From Methanobacteriaceae archaeon (GTDB lineage: Archaea > Methanobacteriota > Methanobacteria > Methanobacteriales > Methanobacteriaceae): DNA of 64,000 nucleotides. The stretch covers positions 1 through 64,000 of the forward strand of contig PWMT01000127.1 of NCBI GenBank assembly GCA_003558085.1. Reading direction: 5' to 3'. This document shows, one piece after another, positions 11,745 to 23,466 of this stretch; positions within the stretch are counted from its first letter, which is position 1; each line of letters starts with the position of its first letter. The notes beneath the pieces are model-generated. The model was not told the origin of the DNA. It saw only the letters and a program-made list of their open reading frames with translations, and did not search any database. Both the position numbers and the translations under genes were made by a program.

Positions 11745-11924
11745 ATGAATTTAAAAGAATCTATTCACCGTTTTCTAAAACAATGTAAAAGAGTATTGCT
11801 GGTTTCAAAAAAGCCTGATAAATTTGAGTTTACCAATGTAGCCAAAGTAACAGGTATAGGAATAATAATTATAGGTGTTATAGGTTTTATAATTACAATT
11901 TCTGCTCAATTGTTAGGTGGTTAA
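11745..11924 (+). CDS. secE: Protein translocase subunit SecE / Sec61-gamma (59 aa)
   Basis: Not in ORF track. MNLKESIHRFLKQCKRVLLVSKKPDKFEFTNVAKVTGIGIIIIGVIGFIITISAQLLGG; canonical position before spt5. Confidence 0.95.
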   Translation: MNLKESIHRFLKQCKRVLLVSKKPDKFEFTNVAKVTGIGIIIIGVIGFIITISAQLLGG

Positions 11925-12165
11925 AAATAGTTATTAAAATAGGTTATAGATGTCCCAAAAATTATTAATTACTAAATAATAAAACAAATAATATATAAGA
12001 AATTAAATTAATCATTAATTTAATTATTTTAAAGATCTTATTTCAAAATATAATATCTGGTCGGCATAGGATTAAGAAAAAACTTTTCTTTTATAATTTA
12101 TTAGAATCCTTTTTTAATCCCATATTAAGACCAATGACCAAGCCTATGGAATTATATATAAGGTT

Positions 12166-12642
12166 GTGTGGTTAATGGAAGATAGTACAAACTCCATGTA
12201 TGCTCTCAAGACCTCAGTGGGTCAGGAGAAAAATGTGGCTAGAATGTTAGCTAGAAAAGTTAAAGATAGTGGTATTGAAATTAACGCTATTTTAATACCG
12301 GAATCATTAAAAGGCTATGTTTTGGTTGAGTCCTCCTCCAAGATTGATATGCAAAATCCTGCTTTAAAGGTGCCTCATTTAAGGGGTATGGTGGAGGGTA
12401 AAACTCAAATAACCTTTGATGAAATAAAAAGATTCCTAAAACCAGAACCCATTATTGCTTCGATTAAGAAGGGAAGTATTGTGGAATTAATATCTGGTCC
12501 TTTTAAGGGAGAAAAAGCTAAAGTAGTACGTATTGATGAATCTAAGGAAGATGTGGTTTTAGAACTTATTGAAGCTGCAGTTCCAATTCCGGTTACAGTT
12601 AAAGGTGATCAAATTAGAATAATACAAAAGGAGGCAGATTAA
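12166..12642 (+). CDS. spt5: Transcription elongation factor Spt5 (NusG)
   Basis: NGN domain ([15 protein letters not shown]) and KOW motif ([15 protein letters not shown]); start may be ATG 12175. Confidence 0.97.
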   Translation: MWLMEDSTNSMYALKTSVGQEKNVARMLARKVKDSGIEINAILIPESLKGYVLVESSSKIDMQNPALKVPHLRGMVEGKTQITFDEIKRFLKPEPIIASIKKGSIVELISGPFKGEKAKVVRIDESKEDVVLELIEAAVPIPVTVKGDQIRIIQKEAD

Positions 12643-13124
12643 TGGCTAAAGATACCGTTGAAATTCTTATTGATGGTGGAAAAGCCACTCCAGGACCGCC
12701 TTTGGGTCCTGCGATTGGTCCGTTAGGATTAAATATGATGCAAGTAGTAGAGCAAATCAATAGTAAAACTTCTGATTTTTCTGGCATGAAAGTACCTGTT
12801 AAAATTATTGTAGATACAGACACTAAGGAATTTGAAATAGAAGTAGGTACCCCTCCTACTACAGCCTTAATTATGGATGAATTAAATATTGAAAAAGCCT
12901 CCCAGGATCCTGGGATGGATAAGGTGTCAGATTTATCCATGGAACAATCATTGAAGATTGCTCGAATGAAATTTAATACTCTCTTATCTGATGATTATAA
13001 AAGCGCGGTTAAAGAAGTCTTAGGAACTTGTGTCAGTATGGGAATAACCGTTGAAGGTAAAGATCCCCGAGAAGTCCAAGAGGAGATTGATCAAGGCGCA
13101 CATGATAATGTCTTGCTTGCATAA
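12642..13124 (+). CDS. rpl11: 50S ribosomal protein L11 (uL11)
   Basis: [25 protein letters not shown]. Confidence 0.98.
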   Translation: MAKDTVEILIDGGKATPGPPLGPAIGPLGLNMMQVVEQINSKTSDFSGMKVPVKIIVDTDTKEFEIEVGTPPTTALIMDELNIEKASQDPGMDKVSDLSMEQSLKIARMKFNTLLSDDYKSAVKEVLGTCVSMGITVEGKDPREVQEEIDQGAHDNVLLA

Positions 13125-13211
13125 TTTAATTACTTATGAGGGAATAATAATTTAAAATAAAATATTTACCTTATTTTGAACTTTTTATCTAAAAGTTCAT
13201 GGAGGAATTAT

Positions 13212-13850
13212 ATGAAACAAGAGATATTGGAAGCAGTGAAGGAGGCTAAAGAACATTCCCAGCCGAGAAACTTCACACAATCTATGGACGTGATCATCAC
13301 GATCCAGGATTTAGATATCAATAAACCAGAGAATAGATTTGAAGAGGAAGTTTCTCTACCACATGGACGCGGAAAAGATGTAAATATTGCTTTTATCGCT
13401 GATGGTGAACTGGCTGTTCAAGCTAAAAATGCTGGTGCAGATTTAATTATAAACAAGGAAGATTTAGAAGAGCTGGGAAAAGACAGAAAAGCAGCTAAAA
13501 AGATGGCTAGTAGATACAATTTTTTTGTAGCTCAGGCAGATTTTATGCCCCTGGTTGGTAGATTTTTAGGTCCGGTCTTAGGACCAAGGAAAAAAATGCC
13601 TAAACCAGTACCAGCCAATATTAAACCAGACCCCATACTGGGAAGGTTAAAAAATACAGTCAAAGTCAGAATAAAAGACCAACCTGTAATCCAAACCATG
13701 GTCGGAACTCAAGATATGGATGCAGAGATGATTGCAGAAAATATCGATGCAATTCTGGGAATACTTGACCAGAACTTAGAAAAAGGACGAAATCAAATAA
13801 AAACCATGTATATTAAGACCACTATGGGTCCTGTAGTGAAGGTGATATAG
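13212..13850 (+). CDS. rpl1: 50S ribosomal protein L1 (uL1)
   Basis: [26 protein letters not shown]; start set at ATG 13212 after GGAGG SD. Confidence 0.98.
   Translation: MKQEILEAVKEAKEHSQPRNFTQSMDVIITIQDLDINKPENRFEEEVSLPHGRGKDVNIAFIADGELAVQAKNAGADLIINKEDLEELGKDRKAAKKMASRYNFFVAQADFMPLVGRFLGPVLGPRKKMPKPVPANIKPDPILGRLKNTVKVRIKDQPVIQTMVGTQDMDAEMIAENIDAILGILDQNLEKGRNQIKTMYIKTTMGPVVKVI
13236..13276 (+). promoter_or_regulatory. L1 autoregulatory mRNA binding site inside the rpl1 coding region
   Basis: GTGAAG-GA-GGCT...AGCC-GAGAAA-CTTCAC forms two helices around an asymmetric internal loop, matching the methanogen L1 operator that mimics 23S rRNA. Confidence 0.85.
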
Positions 13851-14870
13851 ATGGCCCATGTAGCTCAATGGAAAAAAGAAGAGGTTCAGGACCTTAAAGA
13901 TTTAATTAAAGGATATCAAGTGGTGGGAATCGCTAATTTATCTGATATTCCTGCTAGACAACTGCAGAAAATGAGACAAAATCTGCGAAATAAAGCCACT
14001 ATTCGCATGTCTAAGAAGAATTTAATCAATTTGGCTCTTTATGATTCTAATAAAGATAAAACCAAAATTGATACTCTTTCCAATTATATGGATGGTCAAC
14101 CTGCTTTAATATTAACTGATATGAATCCTTTTAAATTATTTAAAATTTTAGAGGATAGTAAAACAGCTGCACCTGCTAAAGCTGGTGTTATTCCTACCGA
14201 AGATATAATAGTCCCTAAAGGTGACACTGGTTTTCCTCCAGGACCTTTTCTGGGTGAATTACAACAGGCAGGCATTTCTGCTAAGATTGATAAGGGTAAA
14301 ATCGTGGTTCAAAATGATCAGGTAGTGGTAAAAGCCGGTGAAATAGTCTCATCTAAAATAGCTACAATTCTGACTCGTTTAGATATACAACCCTTGGAGG
14401 TAGGAATTGATCTAAGAGCAGCTTATGAAGAAGAAACTATTTATACGGCGGATCTTCTAACTATTGATGAAGATAAAACTCTTTCTGATGTTCAAAAAGC
14501 ATTTGCTCAAGCATTCAACTTATCGGTTAATGCGGTTATTTACACTAAAGAGGCCATGCCGACGATCATACAAAATGCAGCATCCAAGACTCTGAACCTG
14601 GCATTTAACGCATCCATCTTAACTTCTAAAACTACAGAAATGTTATTATCTAAAGGTTACTCTCAAATGTTAGCCTTAGTGAGTGAAATACCTGCAGATT
14701 CTGATGCTCTGGATGAGGAACTTAGGCAAAAACTGGCAAGTACAGCTAGTCAAGAAAAGGCGGTTGAAGACAAAAAAGTAGAAAAGCCTGAAGACGATGA
14801 AGACGATGAAGAAACTGAAGAAGAAACTGAAGAAGATGCAGCAGCCGGTCTAGGGGCTCTATTTGGTTGA
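13851..14870 (+). CDS. rpl10: 50S ribosomal protein L10/P0 (uL10)
   Basis: [21 protein letters not shown], acidic C-terminus ending [10 protein letters not shown]. Confidence 0.98.
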   Translation: MAHVAQWKKEEVQDLKDLIKGYQVVGIANLSDIPARQLQKMRQNLRNKATIRMSKKNLINLALYDSNKDKTKIDTLSNYMDGQPALILTDMNPFKLFKILEDSKTAAPAKAGVIPTEDIIVPKGDTGFPPGPFLGELQQAGISAKIDKGKIVVQNDQVVVKAGEIVSSKIATILTRLDIQPLEVGIDLRAAYEEETIYTADLLTIDEDKTLSDVQKAFAQAFNLSVNAVIYTKEAMPTIIQNAASKTLNLAFNASILTSKTTEMLLSKGYSQMLALVSEIPADSDALDEELRQKLASTASQEKAVEDKKVEKPEDDEDDEETEEETEEDAAAGLGALFG

Positions 14871-14953
14871 AAAAAAAATTGATAAAATTTTGATCTATGT
14901 AAATAAATATTTTAAGCTAAATTTAATTTGATTATGAGAAATGAGGTGATCAT

Positions 14954-15262
14954 ATGGAATACATATATGCAGCAATGTTATTGCACACTACTGGTGAGGA
15001 AATTAATGAAGAAAATGTTAAAAAAGTTTTAGAAGCAGCTGGTGCCGAAGCAGATGATGCTAGAATTAAAGCATTAATCGCAGCACTTGAAGATGTAGAT
15101 ATCGAAGAAGCTATGGAGAAAACTGCAGTAGCTACTTCCGCTGCTCCTAGTGCAGCAGCCCCTGCAACTGAAGAATCAGAGGAAGAGGAAGAAGAGGAAG
15201 AAGAGGAAGAAGAGGAAGAGGAAGAAGAAGCTGCCGCTGGTTTAGGCGCTCTCTTTGGTTAA
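14954..15262 (+). CDS. rpl12: 50S ribosomal protein L12 (aP1 stalk)
   Basis: [11 protein letters not shown], Ala hinge, poly-Glu, GLGALFG. Confidence 0.98.
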   Translation: MEYIYAAMLLHTTGEEINEENVKKVLEAAGAEADDARIKALIAALEDVDIEEAMEKTAVATSAAPSAAAPATEESEEEEEEEEEEEEEEEEEAAAGLGALFG

Positions 15263-15264
15263 CA

Positions 15265-15289
15265 TTCTTCTTTTTTTATTTTTTTTATT
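15265..15289 (+). terminator. Oligo(T) terminator after rpl12
   Basis: TTCTTCTTTTTTTATTTTTTTTATT directly after the stop codon. Confidence 0.6.
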
Positions 15290-15533
15290 AAAAATTTAAA
15301 GTACTTATTTTTTTTTATCAAGAATACTCTATTTTTAATTTAATTAATTTTATTTAAATCAAGCCTTTAAAGCTTATTAGGATAATTAATAAATCAAATA
15401 AGTTTGAATAATAGGATTAACTATAGGCTCTAAAATTATTTTAATAAAAAAGTTTTTTTAATGATAATATAAACCTATAAACAAATTCTTTAATTTCTGA
15501 ATTTAAAAATTAATAACTCTTCGATGGATTAAT

Positions 15534-18230
15534 ATGTCTAAACAGTTAAAAGAACTTGGATATATAAAGAAAAAGTGTGTAAGTTGTGGGAATGATTTTT
15601 GGTCTTTAAACGAGCGTTATACTTGTGGGGATGCTCCCTGTGATAAGTATGAATTTATTGGAAACCCTGCAACCTCAAAAAAATATGATCTATATGAAAT
15701 TCAAAACGTTTTCCAGAAATTTTTCCAGCAGCATAACCACACTATAATACCCCGTTATCCGGTGCTGGCTAAACGTTGGAGAGATGATGTTTTTTTAGTA
15801 GGGGCTTCGATTTATAATTTCCAGCCATGGGTAACCTCTGGACTGGTAGAACCTCCAGCTAATCCCTTAGTAGTAGCCCAACCCTCTATTCGACTAAATG
15901 ATGTGGATAATGTTGGTCGCACCGGTAGACATATGACCTGTTTTACTATGGGGGGTCATCATGCCTTCAACAGTCCAGAAAATCAAGTATACTGGGAAGA
16001 TGAGACAATTAAATATTGTCATGATTTCATTAAGCATATTGGTATTAATCCTGAAGAAATAAGTTTTATTGAATCATGGTGGGAGGGTGGAGGAAATGCA
16101 GGTCCTTGTTATGAGGTATGTGTAAGGGGAGTAGAATTAGCCACCCTAGTTTTTATCCAATATAAAACTTTAAATGATGGAAAAAAGGAAGAAATACCCT
16201 TAAAAATTGTTGATACAGGTTATGGGCTGGAAAGATTTGCTTGGATATCCCAGGGAACACCTACAGCTTATGATGCTTCCTTCGGGCCAGTTGTAAATCA
16301 AATTAAAGATTTGGCTGGAGTGAATGTTAATCAGGAAATATTGGCTGAAAATGCTCAAGTAGCAGGTATGATGGATATAGAAACATTCGCAGATCTTAGA
16401 AAACTTAGAGAAAAAGTAGCAGATCGTTTAGGAATTTCATTAGAACGATTAATAAAATCTGCCGAGCCTATGGAGGCAGTTTATATTATCGCTGATCATA
16501 CACGATGTTTAGCCTTTATGCTAGCTGATGGAGTTATTCCATCTAATGTAAAAGAGGGTTATTTGGCACGTCTGGTTTTAAGAAGAACCATTCGTTTTAT
16601 AAAAGATCTGGAAATGGATGCATCTTTGAGCGATATTATGCAGCTTCAATCTGATTTTCTAGCCAATCATTATCCTGAAATAAAAAATCATCAGGAGCAT
16701 CTACAAGAAATTATTGCTTTAGAAGAAAAAAGATATGCTAAAACAGTTTCAAAAGGAATTAATAAGGTTAAAAAAACCATAAATTATCTTAAAAAACAAA
16801 ATAAAAAAGAAATTCCTCTAGATCTTTTAATAAAACTCTATGACTCTCATGGAATCCCTCCAGAGACGATAAAAGAAATTGCTGAGGATGAAAATTTCCC
16901 GATTAAAATTCCGGATAATTTTTATACCTTAGTAGCTAGTGAACATGAACAAGAAATAAAGGCAGAAGAATCATTTCATCTGAATTTTGAACTTACAAAA
17001 ATCTTATTTTATGATAAACCGTATGAAACCAAATTTAGGGCCAGAATAATGGGTTCTTATGATGATAAAGTAATATTGGACCAAACCCTCTTCTATCCAG
17101 AAGGAGGAGGTCAGCCTTCAGATACTGGCTTTTTAAAACTTAATGGCATAGATTATAGAGTAACACATGCAGAAAAAGTTGATGATATAGTTTTGCATCA
17201 CATTGATTCTGAAAAAATCTCTAAATTTGAAGAAGCAATTGGAAAGCAGATTGAAGGGACTATTGATTGGCAAAGACGCATTGCACTGGCCCAAAATCAT
17301 ACCGCCACTCACTTAATTGTATCCGCGGCTCGAAATATTTTAGGAGACCATATATGGCAAGTAGGAGCTCAAAAAGGTATTAAAAAATCACGTATTGATT
17401 TATCCCATTATAAACGAATCAGCACTTCAGAAGCTAATCAAATTGAAAAATTAGCTAATCACTATGTAAGGATGAATTCCAAGTTGAAGGTAAATTGGAT
17501 GAATCGTAATCAAGCTGAGAAAAAATATGGCTTTATATTATATCAGGGAGGAGTAGTACCTGGTTCTAAAATTAGGATTATTGAAATTCCTCAGGTAGAT
17601 GTACAGGCTTGTGCTGGAACCCATGTTTCTAGAACAGGAGACATTGGTTTAATAAAAATTAATAAAACTGAACGAATACAGGATGGAGTAGAACGTCTGG
17701 AGTTTTCAGCCGGAGAATCGGCAGTGGAATTAATGCAAGAAAATGATCTTTACTTAAGCAAAAGTGCTGAAATTTTTAAGGTTAACCACGATCAACTACC
17801 TAAAACTTGCTCTAGATTTTTCAATGAATGGAAAGCCTTTAAAAATGAGATCAGACGCCTTAAAGAACAGATTGCCACCTTGAAAACGGAATCATTAACT
17901 ATAAAATCGATTAAAGTAGATAATTTTGAGGTTTTAATAGATATAATCGATGCTGATATGGCTGAAATGCAAAAAATAGCCTTGGATCTTGTAGATAATA
18001 AAATAGGAATGGATTTAGTTATAATAGGCAACTTTGAAGGTAAAATTGTGGGTTCTTCTTCTAAAAAAGCTATTAAACATGGTTTTAAAATTAATGAAAT
18101 AATAAAAGAATCTGCATCTGTTTTAGGAGGGGGTGGGGGTGGTAGAGTGAATTTAGCACAAGGAGCTGGTCCTAATATTGAAAAAATGGATGAAGCTTTA
18201 GATCATGCTTTAAATCTAATTCAAAAATAA
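15534..18230 (+). CDS. alaS: Alanine--tRNA ligase
   Basis: Archaeal N-terminal Zn motif, GRTGRH, VDTGYGLER, HTATH...CAGTH editing site, GGGGGG C-Ala domain. Confidence 0.98.
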   Translation: MSKQLKELGYIKKKCVSCGNDFWSLNERYTCGDAPCDKYEFIGNPATSKKYDLYEIQNVFQKFFQQHNHTIIPRYPVLAKRWRDDVFLVGASIYNFQPWVTSGLVEPPANPLVVAQPSIRLNDVDNVGRTGRHMTCFTMGGHHAFNSPENQVYWEDETIKYCHDFIKHIGINPEEISFIESWWEGGGNAGPCYEVCVRGVELATLVFIQYKTLNDGKKEEIPLKIVDTGYGLERFAWISQGTPTAYDASFGPVVNQIKDLAGVNVNQEILAENAQVAGMMDIETFADLRKLREKVADRLGISLERLIKSAEPMEAVYIIADHTRCLAFMLADGVIPSNVKEGYLARLVLRRTIRFIKDLEMDASLSDIMQLQSDFLANHYPEIKNHQEHLQEIIALEEKRYAKTVSKGINKVKKTINYLKKQNKKEIPLDLLIKLYDSHGIPPETIKEIAEDENFPIKIPDNFYTLVASEHEQEIKAEESFHLNFELTKILFYDKPYETKFRARIMGSYDDKVILDQTLFYPEGGGQPSDTGFLKLNGIDYRVTHAEKVDDIVLHHIDSEKISKFEEAIGKQIEGTIDWQRRIALAQNHTATHLIVSAARNILGDHIWQVGAQKGIKKSRIDLSHYKRISTSEANQIEKLANHYVRMNSKLKVNWMNRNQAEKKYGFILYQGGVVPGSKIRIIEIPQVDVQACAGTHVSRTGDIGLIKINKTERIQDGVERLEFSAGESAVELMQENDLYLSKSAEIFKVNHDQLPKTCSRFFNEWKAFKNEIRRLKEQIATLKTESLTIKSIKVDNFEVLIDIIDADMAEMQKIALDLVDNKIGMDLVIIGNFEGKIVGSSSKKAIKHGFKINEIIKESASVLGGGGGGRVNLAQGAGPNIEKMDEALDHALNLIQK

Positions 18231-18366
18231 GCTCTGATTATAATTATTTTTATAAAATTTTCAAGTTTAATAAGATGAATAAATAACCCTACAGGGTATA
18301 AAAAATAAATTTTCATATATCACATAGGGCTGAAATTTATTAGCATTAAAAAGTTTAGTGTACTTA

Positions 18367-19125
18367 TTAATAACTTTTAGGAATTACCAGAGGGATTCCT
18401 TGAAAATTTTCAATTTCTACTTCTACCCCATAAGTTTCTTTGATTATATCTGGAGTTATGATGTCTCTTCCTCCAGCCGCAAATATTTGGCCTTCCTTCA
18501 ATATTACAAATTTATCAGAATATCTAAGAGCTAGATTAATATCATGCATCACCACAACAGAAGCAATTTTATGTACTTTGCTAACCTCTCTTATTATTTC
18601 CATCACTTCTAGTTGATTTTTTAAATCTAAATCGCTGGTAGGTTCATCTAATAATAAAATCTTAGGATTTTGAACTAAAGCTCTGGCTAGAACCACTTTT
18701 TGAAGCTCTCCACCACTCAATTCATTAATATAACGCAGCGCATATTCTTCTAGATTCAATGTTTCCAATATATCTTCAGTTAATTTTATATCTTTTTTAG
18801 AAGCATCCCAACCCATATACGGTTTTCTACCCATCAATACAGCATCAAAAACAGTTAAAAATCCTCTTTCAGAACTTTGGGGAACATATCCGATTTTTTG
18901 GGCTACTTCTATCTCCTTCATTTTTTTCACATTTCTATCTTCCACCATTATAAGTCCCTGCTTGTATTTTAAGATCCGGTTTATACATTTCATTAAAGTA
19001 GATTTTCCTGAACCATTAACTCCTAATATCGATACAAGTTCTCCTTTTTTAACTTTGAAATTCACATCTAGAAGCACGGGATTGTTCTTATATGAAAATC
19101 CAATTTTTTCCACTGAAAGAATCAT
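18367..19125 (-). CDS. Fe-chelate/cobalamin-type ABC transporter ATP-binding protein
   Basis: [28 protein letters not shown]. Confidence 0.9.
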   Translation of the reverse strand: MILSVEKIGFSYKNNPVLLDVNFKVKKGELVSILGVNGSGKSTLMKCINRILKYKQGLIMVEDRNVKKMKEIEVAQKIGYVPQSSERGFLTVFDAVLMGRKPYMGWDASKKDIKLTEDILETLNLEEYALRYINELSGGELQKVVLARALVQNPKILLLDEPTSDLDLKNQLEVMEIIREVSKVHKIASVVVMHDINLALRYSDKFVILKEGQIFAAGGRDIITPDIIKETYGVEVEIENFQGIPLVIPKSY

Positions 19126-19127
19126 TT

Positions 19128-20186
19128 TTATCGCCTCATTTTCATAATTATATAAAGAAACATCGGTGCTCCCATAAAAGCAGTAACAATACCCACCGGT
19201 AATACTATGGGAGAAATAATAGATCTGGCAGCCGTATCTGATATTAACAATATTAAGGCACCTAAGAGAGCTGAACTTGGAATCAAAAATCGATGATCAT
19301 TTCCTATAATTCTTCTCATGATATGGGGAGATATTAAGCTTACGAAACCGATAACTCCCAGAAACGCTACAGTGAGTGCGGACGTAAAGGAAGTTATCAG
19401 CATTCCCTGCAACCGCAAACTATGGGTATTCACTCCCAGACTTTGTGCTGTTTCTTCTCCACTTTCAAGACTATTATAATCCCAAGCATGATACAAGAAA
19501 TATAATAGAACCGGCATTAAAAATATAATCATAATCCATAAGTCATTCCATACTGCTCGTTCCACATCTCCAAATGTCCAAAATATAGTTGCCGCTAACT
19601 GGGTTTCAGTTGCAAAATACTGTAGAAACATGGTTCCTGCAGAAAATAAAGCACTCATAGCAACCCCTGCCAGTATCATAACCTCTGGAGTAACATTTCT
19701 AACCCTTGCTACTAAAAGAATGGCAATAACACCAATAATAGCACCTAAAAATCCGGCTAAAACAGTTAAGTAAGGATTGTTAACCATAACTGCATGTGCT
19801 TGTGTACTATGCAATGTTCCAGCTCCAAGTACTATTATAGCAAATGCAGCACCAAATGCAGCACCTTGCGATATTCCCATCGTATATGGGCTGGCTAAAG
19901 GATTTCTAAGAACAGATTGCATAACAGATCCTTCCATACCCATGTAAAAACCCGCTACTAGGGCCGCGAGTATTCTTGGTATTCTTATATTCCATATAAT
20001 GGAAGAACCTGGAGCATCACTATTTAATAAACCATGTATAATATCATATATTGATAAATCCGCAGCACCTACTTTAATAGCACCAATAACAGATACAATT
20101 AATAATATAATTAAAAAAAAGGCAATCAACACTTTTTTTTTAGTATAAACTTCATATAATTTTGCTGAACTATTTCTGAAATTCAA
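19128..20186 (-). CDS. FecCD/BtuC-family ABC permease
   Basis: [49 protein letters not shown]. Confidence 0.92.
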   Translation of the reverse strand: MNFRNSSAKLYEVYTKKKVLIAFFLIILLIVSVIGAIKVGAADLSIYDIIHGLLNSDAPGSSIIWNIRIPRILAALVAGFYMGMEGSVMQSVLRNPLASPYTMGISQGAAFGAAFAIIVLGAGTLHSTQAHAVMVNNPYLTVLAGFLGAIIGVIAILLVARVRNVTPEVMILAGVAMSALFSAGTMFLQYFATETQLAATIFWTFGDVERAVWNDLWIMIIFLMPVLLYFLYHAWDYNSLESGEETAQSLGVNTHSLRLQGMLITSFTSALTVAFLGVIGFVSLISPHIMRRIIGNDHRFLIPSSALLGALILLISDTAARSIISPIVLPVGIVTAFMGAPMFLYIIMKMRR

Positions 20187-21236
20187 TTATCTCACTTTTT
20201 TTGCTATTATAATTTTATTTTTGGAAAAGGTGCCAAATGAAGGGTTTAAATGGCTTAAAGAATGTATGTCTAATATATCAAAGCCTAAATCTTCTAAAAA
20301 CTTTATATATTCTTCAAAACTAAGATCACCTTGGAAACTGTATCTACTTTCTCCTTTCATAGACTTTTCAAAATTGGTAAAATTCCATTCTAAATTATCA
20401 AGAACTTCTTCTAGGGTAAAATTTTCATTTACAGGGAAATATTGCTTATTTATGAATAATCCGCTTAAATTTAGAGAATTATAAATTTTTTTTGCAATTT
20501 CCGGATTTTTACCTCCGGGATTATAAGAAGAAAAAATTATATCATAGGTTCCAGCAAAATCGTCTTCATAAAAATTTCCAGGAATTGTGTTTACCTCTGC
20601 ATTATAATTTTTTATGTATTTACGGGTTTCCACTAAAACTTCAGGAAGATCGAATACATTGCATTCCAGGTCAGGATTAATTTTACTAAAGGCAATGGAA
20701 TACATTCCGTGACCCCCTGCTAAGTCTAATAATCTCTTATATTTATAGAAATCTTCATATGAGCTAATTAAATCAATAGTATCCTGTAATTCCCCCACAA
20801 CACAGTCTTCAGCCATTACTTGTATGATCTTAGGGAAAAAAGATTCTTCTTTTTTTTTTAAATTCCCCTGTAATGTATTGTTTAAATTATTCCATAATTC
20901 TGCATTTTCTTTTAGAGAAAGCATACTATTGATTCTACTATAAGCTGAATCAGATGTTAGGTATAACTGGCCAAGCTTTGAATTTTTATATAAATCCCCT
21001 TCCTTTTCAATCAAACCTATTTTTAAGAGTGCTTCCACTAGGTAGAATGAAAGCACCTTATCTATTTTAATTTTTTTTGACAAATTATCCAGATTAACAG
21101 GCTGTTTTAGTTTATCAAAGATTCCCAGCTCAAGAGATGTTTCCAATATATTAAATATTTTAAGTCCATTGAATGCGTTTTCTATTATTTCTTGTAATTT
21201 TTGATAGGGTATATCTGGCTGATCAGGAATATTCAT
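20187..21236 (-). CDS. Class I SAM-dependent O-methyltransferase-like protein with N-terminal winged-helix dimerisation domain
   Basis: LELGIFD..L N-terminus; [20 protein letters not shown]. Confidence 0.85.
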   Translation of the reverse strand: MNIPDQPDIPYQKLQEIIENAFNGLKIFNILETSLELGIFDKLKQPVNLDNLSKKIKIDKVLSFYLVEALLKIGLIEKEGDLYKNSKLGQLYLTSDSAYSRINSMLSLKENAELWNNLNNTLQGNLKKKEESFFPKIIQVMAEDCVVGELQDTIDLISSYEDFYKYKRLLDLAGGHGMYSIAFSKINPDLECNVFDLPEVLVETRKYIKNYNAEVNTIPGNFYEDDFAGTYDIIFSSYNPGGKNPEIAKKIYNSLNLSGLFINKQYFPVNENFTLEEVLDNLEWNFTNFEKSMKGESRYSFQGDLSFEEYIKFLEDLGFDILDIHSLSHLNPSFGTFSKNKIIIAKKVR

Positions 21237-21262
21237 TTTATCACTCGCAAAAAAGAAAATTA

Positions 21263-22369
21263 TTAGAAAGTTAATCTTTTGTATCCACCTTGACTTATTT
21301 TTAACTCTTGGTAGACTGATTTACCTACGAATTTTTCAAATATTTCATCTGCTTTATCTTCTGGGTCTATATCATTAAATTGATCAGGATATAGGACTGT
21401 TCCTAAGTAGTACGCATTGGCTAGCATCACATCTTTATTGTAACTATATAAACAATAGGCTAAAACACCATATACTCTATTATTTTGCACTGCTTTTAGA
21501 TTTTTATATTCCGGATTTCGGTTTATATCATTATTAACTGATTCCAAACTAGACTGTTCGATTATGATCACTTCTGGATCCCACTTTAGTAATTGTTCTT
21601 TATCAATTTGAATGGCTTTGGATGTATCACTAATATCTAGACTACTGGCCACGTTTTCCACGTTCAACATATTTAAAGGTGGATAGAACGGGTTGGTCGA
21701 GGTTAAACCCTGGGAACCTCTATAAGCTTGGCCTCCTAAATATATATTTTCTAAAGCTGGAGACTCGCCTTGGGTTCTTTTATTCAAGTCTTCTTCAAGA
21801 GAATTGATATACTGAATTAAGTCTTCGGCTCTTTCTTCTTTATTCATTATTTTACCCATTAATTTTAAAGAATCTACATATTGTTCCATTTGTTCTTCTG
21901 TGCCCACCGGACCAGTATAAACTACCACGGTGGGTATTCCAGTTTTAGTTTGAATATTATCTGCTTGTTTAGCGTCAGCAGCAAATACTACGTCGGGGTT
22001 TAGTTCTGCTATCTGTTCATAGTTAATAATGTTTTTACGTGCATCTCCTATAATGGGTAGTTCCATTAACTCGGGATTAGCCACCATATAAGATAACATG
22101 TTCCCCCATCCACCAGCGGAATTAGTTTCAATCTGTTCTATTCCAACCATTTTATCTTTAGCATCTAAATATACTATCTCTCTACCGGAACAACCAGTTC
22201 CAACTACTCTATTCACTTCTGATGGAACTTCTACATTTCTACCTGCAAGGTCTGTTATGGAGACAGATCCTATTCTTGCTTCTGCACCTTCTCCTAGAGA
22301 AAGATAGGTTATTATTCCACCAAATAATACGGTAATAATTATAATACTGGCTAATAATCTTTGATTTAT
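21263..22369 (-). CDS. Fe-chelate/cobalamin-type ABC substrate-binding protein with N-terminal membrane anchor; apparent ATA start
   Basis: ORF track starts at GTG 22216, but the frame is open 51 more codons, encoding a TM segment and [22 protein letters not shown] precedes ATA at 22369. Confidence 0.85.
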   Translation of the reverse strand: MNQRLLASIIIITVLFGGIITYLSLGEGAEARIGSVSITDLAGRNVEVPSEVNRVVGTGCSGREIVYLDAKDKMVGIEQIETNSAGGWGNMLSYMVANPELMELPIIGDARKNIINYEQIAELNPDVVFAADAKQADNIQTKTGIPTVVVYTGPVGTEEQMEQYVDSLKLMGKIMNKEERAEDLIQYINSLEEDLNKRTQGESPALENIYLGGQAYRGSQGLTSTNPFYPPLNMLNVENVASSLDISDTSKAIQIDKEQLLKWDPEVIIIEQSSLESVNNDINRNPEYKNLKAVQNNRVYGVLAYCLYSYNKDVMLANAYYLGTVLYPDQFNDIDPEDKADEIFEKFVGKSVYQELKISQGGYKRLTF

Positions 22370-22615
22370 AAAATCACCACCTTATTTTCTACAAATGTGT
22401 CAATGTTATTTATAATACTTTTGGTCTTATTATTACTACATATATAAGTCAGGGTGGAAATTGTAATAAAATAAAGAAAAAAGTAAGAAAAACTAAAATA
22501 TAATTAATATCAATTTTGCTCATAAATAATACTTTTAAATTATATAAGCTCAGAATATTCTATCTTAAAAAAAAATTAAGGTGATTCTAAAATTAATTTA
22601 TTATAATAAAAAAAA

Positions 22616-23224
22616 TTAATTTCTAGAATATTCACTAAAACAAGGAATACATGTGAGTTCACCATTTTCAATTCTTGCTCGGTGCTCTGCCATAAACTCC
22701 CCACATTTATGACATTTCAATGAATTAAATATTCTAGCTTCTTGGGGGATATCGATTTCCACCCTTTCTATTTTAAACAGTTCTGTATCATCCATACTTA
22801 AAATTCTTTGAGATAAATAATCCTTTTGTTTTTCAAATGCAACTTTATTTTCGCGGTTAGCAGAATTCAAGAAATTATTTCTTAAAATTGCAAATTCAGG
22901 ATCAATCTCATCTAAGTTTTTCTTAATAGATAAACGTAAAACATTTCCTGTATTTCGATTTATAAAAGTATACACATTTTTCCCATAATCCTTAAATATT
23001 AGGTTACCTTTTCCGAAAGTACAACCAGTTACAACTTGAATTGCATCCACGCTACAGCTATCATTTTCTACTATGGCTAAAAATTCCTCATCAATTGATC
23101 GATCTGAACTAAGTTTTTTTATTGCTATTTCACTTGCGCGATATCCAATGGCGGTTCCGGGACATACATGACCATGAAAGCGAGTAACTTCAGAAAAAGG
23201 TGTTATTTTTTTAGCTTCTTTCAT
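22616..23224 (-). CDS. FmdE/FwdE-family protein with C-terminal zinc finger
   Basis: [36 protein letters not shown]...CIPC. Confidence 0.9.
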   Translation of the reverse strand: MKEAKKITPFSEVTRFHGHVCPGTAIGYRASEIAIKKLSSDRSIDEEFLAIVENDSCSVDAIQVVTGCTFGKGNLIFKDYGKNVYTFINRNTGNVLRLSIKKNLDEIDPEFAILRNNFLNSANRENKVAFEKQKDYLSQRILSMDDTELFKIERVEIDIPQEARIFNSLKCHKCGEFMAEHRARIENGELTCIPCFSEYSRN

Positions 23225-23466
23225 TTTATCACCATCAAAATTTATTTTTCAAATTATTAAAAATTTTTTCCATGAAGTTTAATATATTTTCTTATAAATT
23301 CATCTTTATTTTTAGCTTGCACAATAAAAAAAATGGGTTTATAAATTTTTTATTTGCAATAATTAATATAAACCTATGCAGGGAATCAGTGCAATAACTC
23401 GGTAAACATTTATTAAAAATAGTGATCATATCCTTTATTTACGGTAAATTTTAAAGAGGGACTACC

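Noticed and set aside
15173-15230. GAA/GAG microsatellite-like repeat (also 14790-14836)
   Set aside because: Encodes the normal acidic tails of ribosomal stalk proteins P1 and P0
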